DNA of 64,000 bases from Gammaproteobacteria bacterium (GCA_963666765.1 OY762933.1:2695422-2759421); one strand, 5' to 3'. Counted from the stretch's first letter, positions 29,281-41,377 are shown. The notes: generated from the letters alone by a model not told the origin. Program-made: numbers and translations.

Positions 29281-29618
29281 GCGACCATCCCCTGGTAAGC
29301 CTGGCCGAAGGCATCCTGGACGAGTTGCAGGCATCCGAAGTGCGCCTTATGGACGTGCGCTCGCAAACGGGGATGACCGATTTCATGCTGGTCGCCACCG
29401 GCCGCAACCCGCGTCACATCAAGGCCCTGGCCGATCGCCTGGTTGAGCGAAGCAAGAAGGACGGGCACCGCGTGCTGGGCGTGGAGGGCCTGCAATGGTG
29501 CGAGTGGGTGCTGATCGACCTGGGCGACCTTGTCGTTCACCTCATGCGGCGGGATACGCGGGACTTCTACAAGCTGGAGGATTTGTGGGAGTTTGACAGC
29601 GCGGCCGCGGGCACCTAG
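29277..29618 (+). CDS. rsfS: ribosome silencing factor RsfS
   Basis: TTG 29277 overlaps the nadD stop (TTGA). DFMLVATGRNPRHIKALAD...WVLIDLGDLVVHLM...R.FY.LE.LW aligns end to end with RsfS. Confidence 0.9.
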   Translation: MSDHPLVSLAEGILDELQASEVRLMDVRSQTGMTDFMLVATGRNPRHIKALADRLVERSKKDGHRVLGVEGLQWCEWVLIDLGDLVVHLMRRDTRDFYKLEDLWEFDSAAAGT

Positions 29619-29645
29619 CAGGCGAAGCCCGGGCCCGATCAAGCC

Positions 29646-32600
29646 ATGCCCCCCCTATTGAAGAAGGCCCTGCGCTGGGCGGTCGGCGCCGTTTGCGCGG
29701 CGTTGCTGGTCGTGGCCCTGCTGCTGGGCGTGTTGCGCGTGCTCATGCCTCTCGTGCCGACCTTTCAGGAGGAGATCGCCGAGTGGACCAGCAACAGCCT
29801 GGGGTACCCGGTGGAGTTCGCCCGGATCGAACCGTCCTGGGGCCTTACCGGGCCGGAATTCCGGCTGCGCGGCGTGCGGGTCATGTCCGAGCGCGGCGGC
29901 GGGCCGCTGTTGCTGGCCGACGAGATCCTGGTGGGAATCAACCTGTGGACGCTTTTGCCGGGCGCGGGCCTCAACCTGGACCGCATGTCGATTGTCGGGG
30001 CCAGGCTGTCATTGCGGCGGCTGGGGCCGGAAACCTTCTCCCTGCAGGGGCGCGATCCTGCCTTCTATCCTGGCGGTCCGGCCCGCATGCTGGCGTTTGC
30101 CCCGCCCGAGATGCAGTTGCGGGATGTCTGGGTCGATTTCGAAGAGCCGGGCCGCAATGTGAGCGAGAACCTGTGGCTCGAGCGCCTTTCCATGACCATA
30201 GCGGACGGTCGAATCGTGCTGGACGGACGCATGGTCCTGCCGGAGGAATACGGTGACTGGCTGGGGGTGGGAGCGGACATTGAGCTTGTGCAATGGACCC
30301 GCGCCTTTCTGCCTGCCGGGCGCTGGCGCCTTCACCTGGAGGGCCGGTCTGTCGATCTCGCGAAGATGGTGGACCTGGTCACCGAGGTGGCCGATCTGCC
30401 CATTGTCGGCTCCGGCGATTTCAACGTCTTCGTGGACCTCAACGGCCCCGAAATCGAGCAACTCTTCGGAGAGCTTGACTTCGAGGACTTGTGGGCTGCG
30501 GGAGGACCCGGCGACCACGTTTTTGACCGCCTCGCCGGTCAGTTCGAATGGCAGCGGCAGGGAAACGCCGCCGTGCTGACCGCCTCCCGGCTTGAGGCAG
30601 CGCGAAACGGGGAGGACTGGCCGGACACGGAGGTCAGCGCAAGCTGGACGCTGGCGACCGCGGGAGAACTCGCCGCACTGCAGCTCGAAGCCGGCTTTGT
30701 GCGTCTCGAAGACGCGATCCCGCCGCTGCTCGGGATTGCCGGGCGCCTGGGAGTGTCGCCTGCGCTGCTGCCGCTTGCCGGCGACGTCAACGACCTGAGT
30801 TTGAGCTGGGACTCCGGCGGCCCGGCCCTGCCGGAAATCCGGGCCGACTTTTCCGGATTGTCCGTGGATTGGCGGGACCGCGGCCTGACACTGGCGGGAG
30901 TGGACGGCAGCCTGCGGCACGAATCCGGCGCCGGCAACGCCGATCTCTCGATTTCGGGGGACGGCGGTTTCGCTGCGTCCTGGTTGGACGGGGCCGTCAA
31001 TCTGACCGGGGCGCAGGCGGAGTTGAGCTGGAGGACAGGCCCGGAGAGCTGGTCTATCGAAGGCAACAATCTCAGAATCGGCTCCGAGGGGATGGAGTTC
31101 GCCGGCCGGTTTTCCCTCGCCCTGCCCGAAGGCGGCAGCTCTCCCGTGCTTGAGCTGAGCGGGGGCGGCGACAGTATCGGGGACCTGCCTGCGGCGCTCA
31201 GGCTTCTGCCCTGGAAGAACACGCGCGGACTTCCCTTCGGCTGGCTCAGCCGGGCCCTGCACGCCGGCCGCGCCGGCGGCTGGAACATGCAGCTCAGCGG
31301 GCCGCTGGATTCATTTCCGTTCGGCGGCGCGGTTCTGCGGGTGGAGATGGCCCTGAGTGACGGGGTGCTGACGGTGCACGACGCGTGGCCGGACGTGGCG
31401 GACCTTTCGGGCACGCTGGTGCTGAACGGGTCCTCCCTGGTCATTCTCGACGCCGCGGGCGAGCTTGCCGGCGTGCGCTGGCGCGACGTGCGCACCGACG
31501 TCCGTGACCTCACCAGCCCGGTAGTGGAAGTGAACGGCGAAAGCGACGATCCCGTGCCGGCGCTGATTGCCGGCCTGGCGCGCATTCCCATGGCCGATCG
31601 GATTCACCCCATGCTGCTCGATGCCGAAACCTCCGGCGAGGCGGGTACGCGCGTGGAGTTCAGGCTGCCCGTCGAGGACAGGAGCGCCTGGGAAATCCAT
31701 ACCGAAACAGTACTGGGCGGCGCGGAATTGAAGCTGAACGCCCTGATACCCGCGGTGACCAACCTGCAGGGCAGCATTCGCTTCAGCCGGGCCGGAGTGC
31801 GCGCGCGGGAATTGCAGGGGCGTTTTCTGGACCAGCCGCTGGTCATCGAAGTGGACAGGGCGCCGGCCGGGACCGCCGGGTATGCGTACCGGGTGGACCT
31901 GGACGGAGCGGCGGCCGCCGAAGAGCTTGAGGGACTGTTCGCCTGCTGCGCTCTGGATCAGCTCAATGGACAATTCGCATGGCAGGGCAGTGTGCTCCTG
32001 CCTACGCTGGAAGCGGACCGGGTGAGGCCCATCCGGTTGCGCCTGGAGACCGACCTGCTGGGACTGGCCAGCGACCTGCCGTACCCGATGAACAAACTGG
32101 CCGATGACCCCGGGCCCACGCGACTGGAGCTTCTATGGGGATCCGGGGCCCCGCCGCGCCTGGCCGGCAGGCTGGGTTTGGGGCCGGGCGTCGCGCTGGA
32201 GTTTGCCGACGGCGGCGGCGGGTGGCGCATCGCGCGCGGGAGCCTGCACTTCGGCGATACATTGCCGCGTCTTCCGCAGGGCGCGGGACTGGTGGTGGAC
32301 GGGCGGGTCGATTCGCTGCGCCCCGCCGACTGGGCCCGCGTGCTGGCGGATCAGGCCAACTCGCTTGACCTGCCCTGGGAGGTGGACCTGGTCGCGGGCG
32401 AGGTCTACAGCATGGGCAGCACCCTGCGGGACCAGTCGATTCGCGCCCGTCCCCGCTCCGACGGATGGCTGGTCGAGTTTCAGGGCGAATTCGCCGACGG
32501 GCGTCTGTTCTGGCCGCGCGCGGGAGACGGGAACGGGCAGTTGCTGGCGGAACTGAACCGGCTCAGGCTGACGCTGCCGGATCCGGCCCCGCAACCGCCG

Positions 32601-33665
32601 GCGAATCCGCGGAGCCTGCCTGCCGGCAAGGTGCTGCTGGGCGATCTCACGATCGGTCAGATGCGCCTGGGAGAAGTTCGCGCCCGCTACGAGAAGACCA
32701 CGGGCGGACTTGCGGTGAACTGGTTTCGCACCGAGTCGCCGGCCTTCTCCTCGGAGGGCAGCGCGGCCTGGCTGGTGGCCGACGATGAAGGCGCGGAGCA
32801 ACTGGGCCGGCTCGACATGGTCCTGGAAAGTTCCGATGTCGGGGCGGCCCTGGACCAGTTGGGATACGCGCGCGGCATTTCCGGCGACCGGGGCGAGATG
32901 ACCCTGTCGGCGAACTGGGACGGACCGCCTGCGGGGGACTTTCTGGCGCGGTCCAACGGAACGGTCAACCTGGAAGTGGAGCGCGGCGAAGTAGCGGCCC
33001 TGGATCCCGGCAGCGGACGTATGCTGGGCGTGCTCAGCCTGGCGCGGTTGCCGCGCCGCCTGGCGCTGGATTTCCGCGAGGTGACGGAGGAGGGCCTGCC
33101 GTTTGACCGGCTGGCCGGCGATTTCAGTCTTCGCGAAGGGCAGGCCTACACCTGCAACATGGGCCTGCAGGGCGCCGTGGCCGGCCTCGCATTGTTCGGC
33201 CGGACCGGCTTGCAGGATCGCAGTTACGACCAAGTTGCCGTAGTATCCCCCAATCTGCCGGATTTGCTTTCGCTGGGCGGGGTGATTGTCGGCGGGACCG
33301 GTCTGGGCGCAACCATGCTGTTACTGTCACAGGCCTTCCGCGAACCCCTGCAGGCGATCTCGGCGAATTATTACCGGGTCGGCGGCAGTTGGGATGAACC
33401 GCTGGTTGAGCGTGTGCTGCGGGAAGAAATTGATCTGGGTGCATTTGAAGACTGCGCCCGCTACCTGGAGGAGCAGTTGACCGATATGCCTGTAGTGGAC
33501 TGGGAAGCGTTGCTGAGCACGGCGGAAGACATCGCCTTGCCCGAGCAGGGCGTGGATGCGGAAAGCGGGGAGACCGTCCCCTCGGGGCCGGCGACGGATT
33601 CCATGCAAGAGGATGCGCCGGCCGAGGATACGGAGCGGCCCGAACCCGGCTTTGGCTCGCCATGA
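29646..33665 (+). CDS. yhdP: YhdP/AsmA-like large envelope protein (TIGR02099 family)
   Basis: 1339 aa. N-terminal TM anchor, then a long repetitive beta-rich body. Synteny with the C-N hydrolase and tldD matches enterobacterial yhdP. Confidence 0.85.
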   Translation: MPPLLKKALRWAVGAVCAALLVVALLLGVLRVLMPLVPTFQEEIAEWTSNSLGYPVEFARIEPSWGLTGPEFRLRGVRVMSERGGGPLLLADEILVGINLWTLLPGAGLNLDRMSIVGARLSLRRLGPETFSLQGRDPAFYPGGPARMLAFAPPEMQLRDVWVDFEEPGRNVSENLWLERLSMTIADGRIVLDGRMVLPEEYGDWLGVGADIELVQWTRAFLPAGRWRLHLEGRSVDLAKMVDLVTEVADLPIVGSGDFNVFVDLNGPEIEQLFGELDFEDLWAAGGPGDHVFDRLAGQFEWQRQGNAAVLTASRLEAARNGEDWPDTEVSASWTLATAGELAALQLEAGFVRLEDAIPPLLGIAGRLGVSPALLPLAGDVNDLSLSWDSGGPALPEIRADFSGLSVDWRDRGLTLAGVDGSLRHESGAGNADLSISGDGGFAASWLDGAVNLTGAQAELSWRTGPESWSIEGNNLRIGSEGMEFAGRFSLALPEGGSSPVLELSGGGDSIGDLPAALRLLPWKNTRGLPFGWLSRALHAGRAGGWNMQLSGPLDSFPFGGAVLRVEMALSDGVLTVHDAWPDVADLSGTLVLNGSSLVILDAAGELAGVRWRDVRTDVRDLTSPVVEVNGESDDPVPALIAGLARIPMADRIHPMLLDAETSGEAGTRVEFRLPVEDRSAWEIHTETVLGGAELKLNALIPAVTNLQGSIRFSRAGVRARELQGRFLDQPLVIEVDRAPAGTAGYAYRVDLDGAAAAEELEGLFACCALDQLNGQFAWQGSVLLPTLEADRVRPIRLRLETDLLGLASDLPYPMNKLADDPGPTRLELLWGSGAPPRLAGRLGLGPGVALEFADGGGGWRIARGSLHFGDTLPRLPQGAGLVVDGRVDSLRPADWARVLADQANSLDLPWEVDLVAGEVYSMGSTLRDQSIRARPRSDGWLVEFQGEFADGRLFWPRAGDGNGQLLAELNRLRLTLPDPAPQPPANPRSLPAGKVLLGDLTIGQMRLGEVRARYEKTTGGLAVNWFRTESPAFSSEGSAAWLVADDEGAEQLGRLDMVLESSDVGAALDQLGYARGISGDRGEMTLSANWDGPPAGDFLARSNGTVNLEVERGEVAALDPGSGRMLGVLSLARLPRRLALDFREVTEEGLPFDRLAGDFSLREGQAYTCNMGLQGAVAGLALFGRTGLQDRSYDQVAVVSPNLPDLLSLGGVIVGGTGLGATMLLLSQAFREPLQAISANYYRVGGSWDEPLVERVLREEIDLGAFEDCARYLEEQLTDMPVVDWEALLSTAEDIALPEQGVDAESGETVPSGPATDSMQEDAPAEDTERPEPGFGSP

Positions 33666-34485
33666 GCAAGGTGGCGGTCATACAGATGTGTTCGGGCGAC
33701 GAGCCCGGCGAAAACCTGGGGCGCGCGGCGACATTGCTTCGCCGGGCCGCCGACCAGGGAGCGGCGCTGGCCGTCCTGCCGGAGAATTTCGCCTTGATGT
33801 CCAAGGACGCCGAACGCATGCGCGCCGAGCATGCCGAGCGCCCGGGGGACGGGCCCTGGCAGGAGTTTGCGGCCGAGCAGGCCCGGCGGCTGGGGATGTG
33901 GATCGTGGCCGGGACCATTCCCATGCTCGCCGAAGATCCGCGGCGCCCGGCTTCGGCCTGCTGCCTGTTCGACGGCTCCGGAACCCTGGCGGCGCGATAC
34001 GACAAGATGCACCTTTTCGACGTGTCCTTGCCCGGTCGCAAGGAGTCCTTTCGCGAGTCGGCCACGACCACGGCGGGAAGCGAGCCGGTCGTGGCCGAAA
34101 CGCCCTTCGGCCGGCTGGGACTGGCAGTGTGCTACGACCTTCGCTTCCCCGAGCTGTTTCGGGCCATGAGCGAGAAGGGCGCGGAAATGGTTGCCCTGCC
34201 GGCCGCCTTTACCCGTCCGACCGGAGAAGCGCACTGGTACGTCCTGGTGCGCGCCCGCGCCGTCGAGAACCTTTGCTACATGCTGGCATCGGCTCAACAT
34301 GGAATCCATCCCGGCGGGCGCGAGAGCTACGGGCATTCGATGCTGATCGAACCCTGGGGGCAGGTTGTTGCGGAATGCAAGCAGGGCGACGGCGTGCTGT
34401 GCCATGATGTGGCGCTCGACAATCTTGACCGGCTGCGCAGCGGTTTTCCGGCGCTCGATCATCGCCAGCTGACGTCCGGCCTGCA

Positions 34486-34489
<4 letters not shown>
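33662..34489 (+). CDS. carbon-nitrogen hydrolase family protein (Nit-like)
   Basis: 275 aa. LAVLPENF (Glu), YDKMHLFD (Lys) and LAVCYDLRFPELF (Cys) form the catalytic triad. Confidence 0.9.
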
Positions 34490-35960
<1,471 letters not shown>

Positions 35961-36007
35961 CTGGGGATCAATAAATCTCAAAATCTCACACAATCTAGGA
36001 AACGCAA

Positions 36008-36493
36008 ATGACACAAGTAGCCATACTCATGGGTTCGCGTTCGGACTGGAAAATCATGGAGAACGCGGCCAATACGCTGGATTCGCTGGGCATAAGCTGG
36101 GAAGCGCGGGCGCTGTCGGCGCACCGCGCGCCCAGGGAACTTGCCGAGTACTGCGAGCAGGCCGAGGAGCGCGGGATCAAGGTGGTCATAGCGGGCGCCG
36201 GGCTCGCCGCAGCCCTTCCCGGCACCGTGGCGGCGCTCACCTCTCTGCCGGTGCTGGGCGTGCCGATGGCGACCGCGGCTTTCGGGGGCGCCGACGCCAT
36301 GCTCTCGATGGCGCAGATGCCGGCCGGCGTGCCGGTGGGAACGCTGGGAGTCGGCCGTCACGGCGCCGTGAATGCCGCCCTGATGGCGACCGCCATTCTG
36401 GCCCTGGGCGATGCCGACATCCGCGCCGCGCTCAAGACCTTCAGGGCCGCTCAAACGGCGGAGGCGGTCCGGGGCAGCGATGTCACCCAATGA
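36008..36493 (+). CDS. purE: 5-(carboxyamino)imidazole ribonucleotide mutase
   Basis: 161 aa. VAILMGSRSDW...VIIAGAGLAAALPG...LPVLGVP motifs of class I PurE. Confidence 0.95.
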   Translation: MTQVAILMGSRSDWKIMENAANTLDSLGISWEARALSAHRAPRELAEYCEQAEERGIKVVIAGAGLAAALPGTVAALTSLPVLGVPMATAAFGGADAMLSMAQMPAGVPVGTLGVGRHGAVNAALMATAILALGDADIRAALKTFRAAQTAEAVRGSDVTQ

Positions 36494-37799
36494 ACTCAGC
36501 GAGCGCGTTGCCGACGCCCTGAGCTGCGCCCGCAAGCGGGGCGCCAGCCAGGCGGAAGCCTCGGCCTCCAACAACACGGGACTGACCTTGCGCGTGCGGC
36601 TGCGCGAGGTGGAAACACTGGAGAGCCACCAGGAACATTCGCTGGGCGTAACGGTGTATCGCGGCAAGCGGCGCGGCTCGGCCAGCACATCCGACCTGTC
36701 TGCCGGGGCTGTTCGGGAAACCGTCGACAAGGCCTTGAGCCTGGCCCGGTTCGCCGCCGAGGACGAATATGCGGGCCTGGCCGACGCGGAGCGACTGGCC
36801 ACGGAATTCCCGGACCTCGATCTTTACCATCCCTGGGACCTGGATGCGGAGCAGGCCATGGAACTGGCGCTGGAATGCGAAGCCGCGGCGCTGGACGCGG
36901 ACCCGAGGATCAGCAACTCGGAAGGGGCCGGCGTGGATACAGGCGAGTCGAGTTTCGCCTACGGCAACTCGCACGGCTTTCTGCGCAGCGGACGGTCGAG
37001 CAATCACTCGGTGTCATGCGTCGTACTGAGCGAGCAGGACGGGCAGATGGAGCGCGACTACGATTTCAGCGTTGCGCGGGCGCCGGAGGAACTGACGCCG
37101 GTGAAGAAGGTGGGAGAGAGCGCCGCCGAACGGACCATCAAGCGCCTGGGTGCGCGCAAGATCAGGAGCACGCGGGCGCCGGTGCTGTTCTCGCCGAGGG
37201 TCGCGCGCAGCCTCATCGGACACTTTTGTGCAGCGGTCAGCGGGCGGGCGCTGTACAACCGGGCCAGCTTCCTGCTCGACAGCCTGGACAAGCCGGTCTT
37301 CGCGGACTGCGTCAACCTGGCCGAGCGTCCGCATATTCCCCGCGGGCTGGCCAGCCGCGCCTACGATGGCGAGGGCGTGGCCACCGCCGATCGCGAGCTG
37401 GTGTGCGGGGGTGTCGTGAAAGGCTACTTCCTGGGCAGCTACTCGGCGCGCAAACTCGGCATGGCAACCACCGGAAACGCCAGTGGCGCCCATAACCTCC
37501 TGCTGGAAAGCACCGGCCAGTCGTACGAGGAACTGCTCGCGGAAATGGACGAGGGCCTGGTGGTGACCGAAATGATGGGGCAGGGCGCCAACACCGTAAC
37601 CGGCGACTATTCCCGTGGCGCGGCCGGATACTGGGTGCGCGGCGGCGCCATCGCGCACGCCGCCCACGAAATCACCGTGGCCGGCAACCTGAAGGACATG
37701 TTCCGCAACATCGCCGCCATCGGCTCCGACGTGGACCGGCGCGGCGGAATCTACACCGGTTCGATTCTGATCCAGGACCTAAGCATCGCCGGCGCCTGA
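36480..37799 (+). CDS. pmbA: metalloprotease PmbA (TldE)
   Basis: Start ATG 36480 (MSPNELSERVADAL), a 14-nt overlap with purE. Full-length PmbA similarity through ...GSILIQDLSIAGA. Confidence 0.9.
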   Translation: MSPNELSERVADALSCARKRGASQAEASASNNTGLTLRVRLREVETLESHQEHSLGVTVYRGKRRGSASTSDLSAGAVRETVDKALSLARFAAEDEYAGLADAERLATEFPDLDLYHPWDLDAEQAMELALECEAAALDADPRISNSEGAGVDTGESSFAYGNSHGFLRSGRSSNHSVSCVVLSEQDGQMERDYDFSVARAPEELTPVKKVGESAAERTIKRLGARKIRSTRAPVLFSPRVARSLIGHFCAAVSGRALYNRASFLLDSLDKPVFADCVNLAERPHIPRGLASRAYDGEGVATADRELVCGGVVKGYFLGSYSARKLGMATTGNASGAHNLLLESTGQSYEELLAEMDEGLVVTEMMGQGANTVTGDYSRGAAGYWVRGGAIAHAAHEITVAGNLKDMFRNIAAIGSDVDRRGGIYTGSILIQDLSIAGA

Positions 37800-38948
37800 G
37801 CCGGGAAACAGCGGTTCGTTCTTCGCCAGCGCCGTGATAGGCACGACTTCTACCTGATCGGAGCATCGGTATCGCCTGCTTCCCGGATACAGGATAGCGA
37901 GGCCTCGCAAGCCCAGGTCGGCCAGAGCATGCCGGATCGAGGGAGTGATGCGTGGGGCGTCGGCCCGCTTGCACTCTACGCCGTAAAGGGCGGTTCCTTG
38001 TCGCAGAATCAGGTCGACTTCCGCTCCCTGGGATGTCGCCCAGAAATATGCGCCGTCATGGGGACACGCCGCGAGCGTTTGCTCGATAGCAAAGCCTTCC
38101 CAGGATGCGCCAACATTAGGGTGCCGCCAGAGCTGCTTTTCTTCCGTGACGCCCAACAACTGGTGCAACAGCCCGGAATCGCGAACGTAGATTTTCGGGG
38201 ATTTCACCTGGCGTTTCCTGATATTGGCGAACCATGGCTGCAATTGCCGAACCATCATGGCGTCGGTAAGCAGATCCAGATAGCGCCGCACCGTCGCTGG
38301 CTTGCTCGCCATGGCGTGGGCCAACTGCGATAGGTTCAGACGCTGACCGTGGTAATGCGCCAGCATGTTCCAGAACCGCTCCATGGTCGCCGCTGGCGTC
38401 TTGACGCCCCATTGAGGGAAATCCCGCTGCAATAGCGTCAGGATGAAATTTCGGCGCCACGCCGCACTGTCATCTTCGCTTTTCGCCAGAAAGGACCGGG
38501 GCATCCCCCCGCGCCGCCACAGTTTCGCCTGGGCGTCTTGGCCAGTCTCGGCCAGCGTGAACCCGCCCAACGCCACATACTCCGTACGTCCCGCCAGACT
38601 TTCCGAAGTCTGGCGCATCAGATCGCCGGACGCGCTGCCCAGTACCAGAAACTTTGCCGGCGGCGGACTCCGGTCCGCCAGCACCCGGAGCACGGGAAAC
38701 AGGTCCGGCCGAAGCTGCACTTCGTCGATCACGACCACATCGGTCAGCGCCTCGAGCGCCGTCATGGGTTCGTTCAGAACGGCGAGGTCGCGCGGCGATT
38801 CCAGGTCGAAGTAACCGGACGATGCGGGGTCAAGAATCTGCTGCGCGAGCGTTGTCTTTCCGCATTGACGCGGCCCCGTCAACACCGTGACGGGTGCCCG
38901 GCCAAGAGCGGTTTCTATCGCCCGGAGGGTATCGAGACGTTCCAGCAT
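37779..38948 (-). CDS. AAA+ ATPase with C-terminal DUF4143 (COG1373-type)
   Basis: 389 aa. Walker A GPRQCGKTT, Walker B VVVIDEVQ, and the DUF4143-type C-terminal half (VRDSGLLHQLLG...). The convergent 3' end overlaps pmbA by 21 nt. Confidence 0.85.
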   Translation of the reverse strand: MLERLDTLRAIETALGRAPVTVLTGPRQCGKTTLAQQILDPASSGYFDLESPRDLAVLNEPMTALEALTDVVVIDEVQLRPDLFPVLRVLADRSPPPAKFLVLGSASGDLMRQTSESLAGRTEYVALGGFTLAETGQDAQAKLWRRGGMPRSFLAKSEDDSAAWRRNFILTLLQRDFPQWGVKTPAATMERFWNMLAHYHGQRLNLSQLAHAMASKPATVRRYLDLLTDAMMVRQLQPWFANIRKRQVKSPKIYVRDSGLLHQLLGVTEEKQLWRHPNVGASWEGFAIEQTLAACPHDGAYFWATSQGAEVDLILRQGTALYGVECKRADAPRITPSIRHALADLGLRGLAILYPGSRRYRCSDQVEVVPITALAKNEPLFPGSGAGDA

Positions 38949-39004
38949 CCGCGTAGAATACCATGTAAATCATCCCTATTGAGGGTTTATTTGCATGGTC
39001 TTAT

Positions 39005-39106
39005 GCACAGTGAGCGGTCGAGCAGCCACACCGTGTCCTGCGTCGCTTTGAGTGAGCAGGACGGCCGGATGGAGCGTGACTACGATTTTAGCGTGGCGCG
39101 GGCGCC
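39005..39106 (+). pseudogene. diverged about 100-bp fragment of a pmbA gene
   Basis: Translates to HSERSSSHTVSCVALSEQDGRMERDYDFSVARAP, versus SGRSSNHSVSCVVLSEQDGQMERDYDFSVARAP at pmbA 36983-37084. By-eye DNA identity is roughly four-fifths. It is flanked by AT-richer non-coding DNA. Confidence 0.8.
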
Positions 39107-39249
39107 AGTGTGTTGCGGACAAATGGAAAGCGCGAATACACAGTCACCAATTATTGCAAATTGTGCACCCTCAGCTATGGATATCGACGAATAGAATGGA
39201 TCAAATTCCGTTGAGCCCGCGCAGCTGCGAACTTTGCGTGAACTATCTC

Positions 39250-39891
39250 TTAGGAGCCAAGCACGCTGTCAACGCCTACGCGGAGTTCATCGGCGCTGAG
39301 CCGCTGCGTGTAGTCGGGGTTGGTGTGGCCGAAGCGGATCATGCCTTCGGTGTCGATCAGGTAGGCGGCGGGTATGGGCAGCCCGTGATGGGTCTCGCCG
39401 GAGGCCTGTTCGAGGTCGACGCCGTATTCTCTGGCCTGGCGGTAGTAGTCGTCGGAAATGCGGAAGGCGAGTCCGAATGCTTCGGCCGCGCTCAGGCGGG
39501 CGTCGGACAGCAGTGTGTAGTCCAGGCCCTCGGCGTCGCCGTGCAGGGCCGAGGCCAGATTCTCCGGGCTGTCGGCGCTCAGGAAGTACACGTCCATGCC
39601 GCGTTGTTCCAGTTCGGGCACCACATGCCGCAGTTCGGCCAGATGTGCGTTGCAATAGGGGCACCAGCCACCACGGTAGAAGATGAGCATGGCCGGGCGT
39701 TCGAGCGCGCCGGGATTGAACACGAAATCGCTGCCGTCGGCGTGTCGGGCGGTGAACTCGGGCGACGCGACGCCGGCGGGCAGGGGCGAGGTTTCCTCGG
39801 CGCTGGCCGCGATTTCGGCGCGTGATGCGGGTGCGGCGAACGCCACGGCGAGAAAGAGGGCAGCAAGAATTCGTGGAAGATGGTTGCGCAT
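39250..39891 (-). CDS. secreted peroxiredoxin-like (AhpC/TSA, thioredoxin-fold) protein
   Basis: Start ATG 39891 (MRNHLPRILAALFLAVAFAAPASRA). Redox motif FYRGGWCPYCNAHL. Confidence 0.8.
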   Translation of the reverse strand: MRNHLPRILAALFLAVAFAAPASRAEIAASAEETSPLPAGVASPEFTARHADGSDFVFNPGALERPAMLIFYRGGWCPYCNAHLAELRHVVPELEQRGMDVYFLSADSPENLASALHGDAEGLDYTLLSDARLSAAEAFGLAFRISDDYYRQAREYGVDLEQASGETHHGLPIPAAYLIDTEGMIRFGHTNPDYTQRLSADELRVGVDSVLGS

Positions 39892-39962
39892 GTCGAGGCT
39901 CCGGAAAAGTGAGCGCATTGTAATGCGCCGGCTGCCCGGGGCGGCCACTACAATTCGCTGCC

Positions 39963-41246
39963 ATGACCCGCGGTTCCCGCAGCCTGGATGAATGGCTGGG
40001 CTACGTTGCCCGGCTGCACCCGAGCGAAATCGACCTGGGGCTGGAGCGGATTTCGGCGGTGGCCGGCAGGCTGGACCTCAAGCCGCCGGCGGGGCGGGTA
40101 ATCACGGTGGCCGGCACCAACGGCAAGGGCAGCACCGCGGCGATGATTGCCGCGGTGCTCAGGCTTCGGGCCGGGCTGCGAACTGCGCTCTACCTTTCTC
40201 CATACGTGCAGCAATTCGGCGAACGGATCCAGATTAACGGCAGGTATGCGCGGGATGAGGAATTGTGCCGGGAGTTCGAGCGGGTGGAAGCGGCGCGCGG
40301 CGATGTCCGGCTGACCGAGTTCGAGTTCGTCACGCTGGCCGCGCTTTGCCTGTTCAGCCGGGAGCGCTGCCGGGCCTGGGTTCTGGAGGTGGGGCTGGGC
40401 GGACGGCTCGATGCGGTCAACGCGATCGACCCGGACGTGAGCGTGATTACGCGTATCGCGATGGACCACCAGGACTGGCTGGGCGACACGCTGGAGGAGA
40501 TCGCCGTCGAGAAGGCCGGCATTCTGCGGCCGCAACGGCCGGCGTTTTACGGCGCCGGCAAGGCGCCGGATCCGATAGTGGAAAGGGCGGGCGAATTGAA
40601 GGCGCCGCTGCACGAGGCCGGTGTGGATTTTGATTTCGAACGCAGCGGGTCAACGTGGAACTGGCGCGGCCGGTACGTCCGGCGCGACGGCCTGGCCCTC
40701 GTCAAGCACTCAAGCAGCGCCGAACTGGCCAATACCAGCCTGGCGCTGGCCGCGCTGGAAAACCTTGATCCCGATTGGGTGCCGGATGCGGAGGATTACC
40801 CCGGCATTCGGGAAGCGGCCCGCTTGCCCGGACGCTTCGAGCGGCTCAAGGCCGAAGGCGTGGAATGGGTGCTGGATGTGGCGCACAATCCCGATGCGGC
40901 GGTTTGCCTGGCGCGCAGCCTGAAGGCGCTGCCGGCGCGTCCCGCTGTCTGGGTGCTGGGCATGCTTGAGGACAAGGACATCGAGGGTTTCCTGGCGGTG
41001 CTTCCGCTGGGGAACACTGACCGGGTGCTTGTTGCCCGGGCCGAGGGCCCCAGGGCATGTTCCGCGGATCGGTTGGCGGCAGTGGTGGAATCGCGTGGGT
41101 ATGCGGACGTCAGGCGCTATGGGTCCGTAGCGGAGGCTTGCCGCAAGGCGGCGGAACTGGTGGGGCAGGGCGGCCGGGTTGTAGTTACGGGATCGTTCGG
41201 TACGGTCGGGCCGGCGCGGGCGTGGCTTCAGGGGCGCAGGGGATAG
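39963..41246 (+). CDS. folC: bifunctional folylpolyglutamate synthase/dihydrofolate synthase
   Basis: 427 aa. VAGTNGKGSTAAM P-loop and Mur-ligase domain order. Confidence 0.9.
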   Translation: MTRGSRSLDEWLGYVARLHPSEIDLGLERISAVAGRLDLKPPAGRVITVAGTNGKGSTAAMIAAVLRLRAGLRTALYLSPYVQQFGERIQINGRYARDEELCREFERVEAARGDVRLTEFEFVTLAALCLFSRERCRAWVLEVGLGGRLDAVNAIDPDVSVITRIAMDHQDWLGDTLEEIAVEKAGILRPQRPAFYGAGKAPDPIVERAGELKAPLHEAGVDFDFERSGSTWNWRGRYVRRDGLALVKHSSSAELANTSLALAALENLDPDWVPDAEDYPGIREAARLPGRFERLKAEGVEWVLDVAHNPDAAVCLARSLKALPARPAVWVLGMLEDKDIEGFLAVLPLGNTDRVLVARAEGPRACSADRLAAVVESRGYADVRRYGSVAEACRKAAELVGQGGRVVVTGSFGTVGPARAWLQGRRG

Positions 41247-41377
41247 ACCGGGCCGGCTTTTCCGGGAGGGTGGGATCCCCTTACTCGCGGGGCGGGAAGC
41301 GATCTTCTCGGAGAATGAGCGACGTAGAAGGGATATAGTAGATATATAGCTGTGAGATAAAGGGAGTTAACGAAAGA

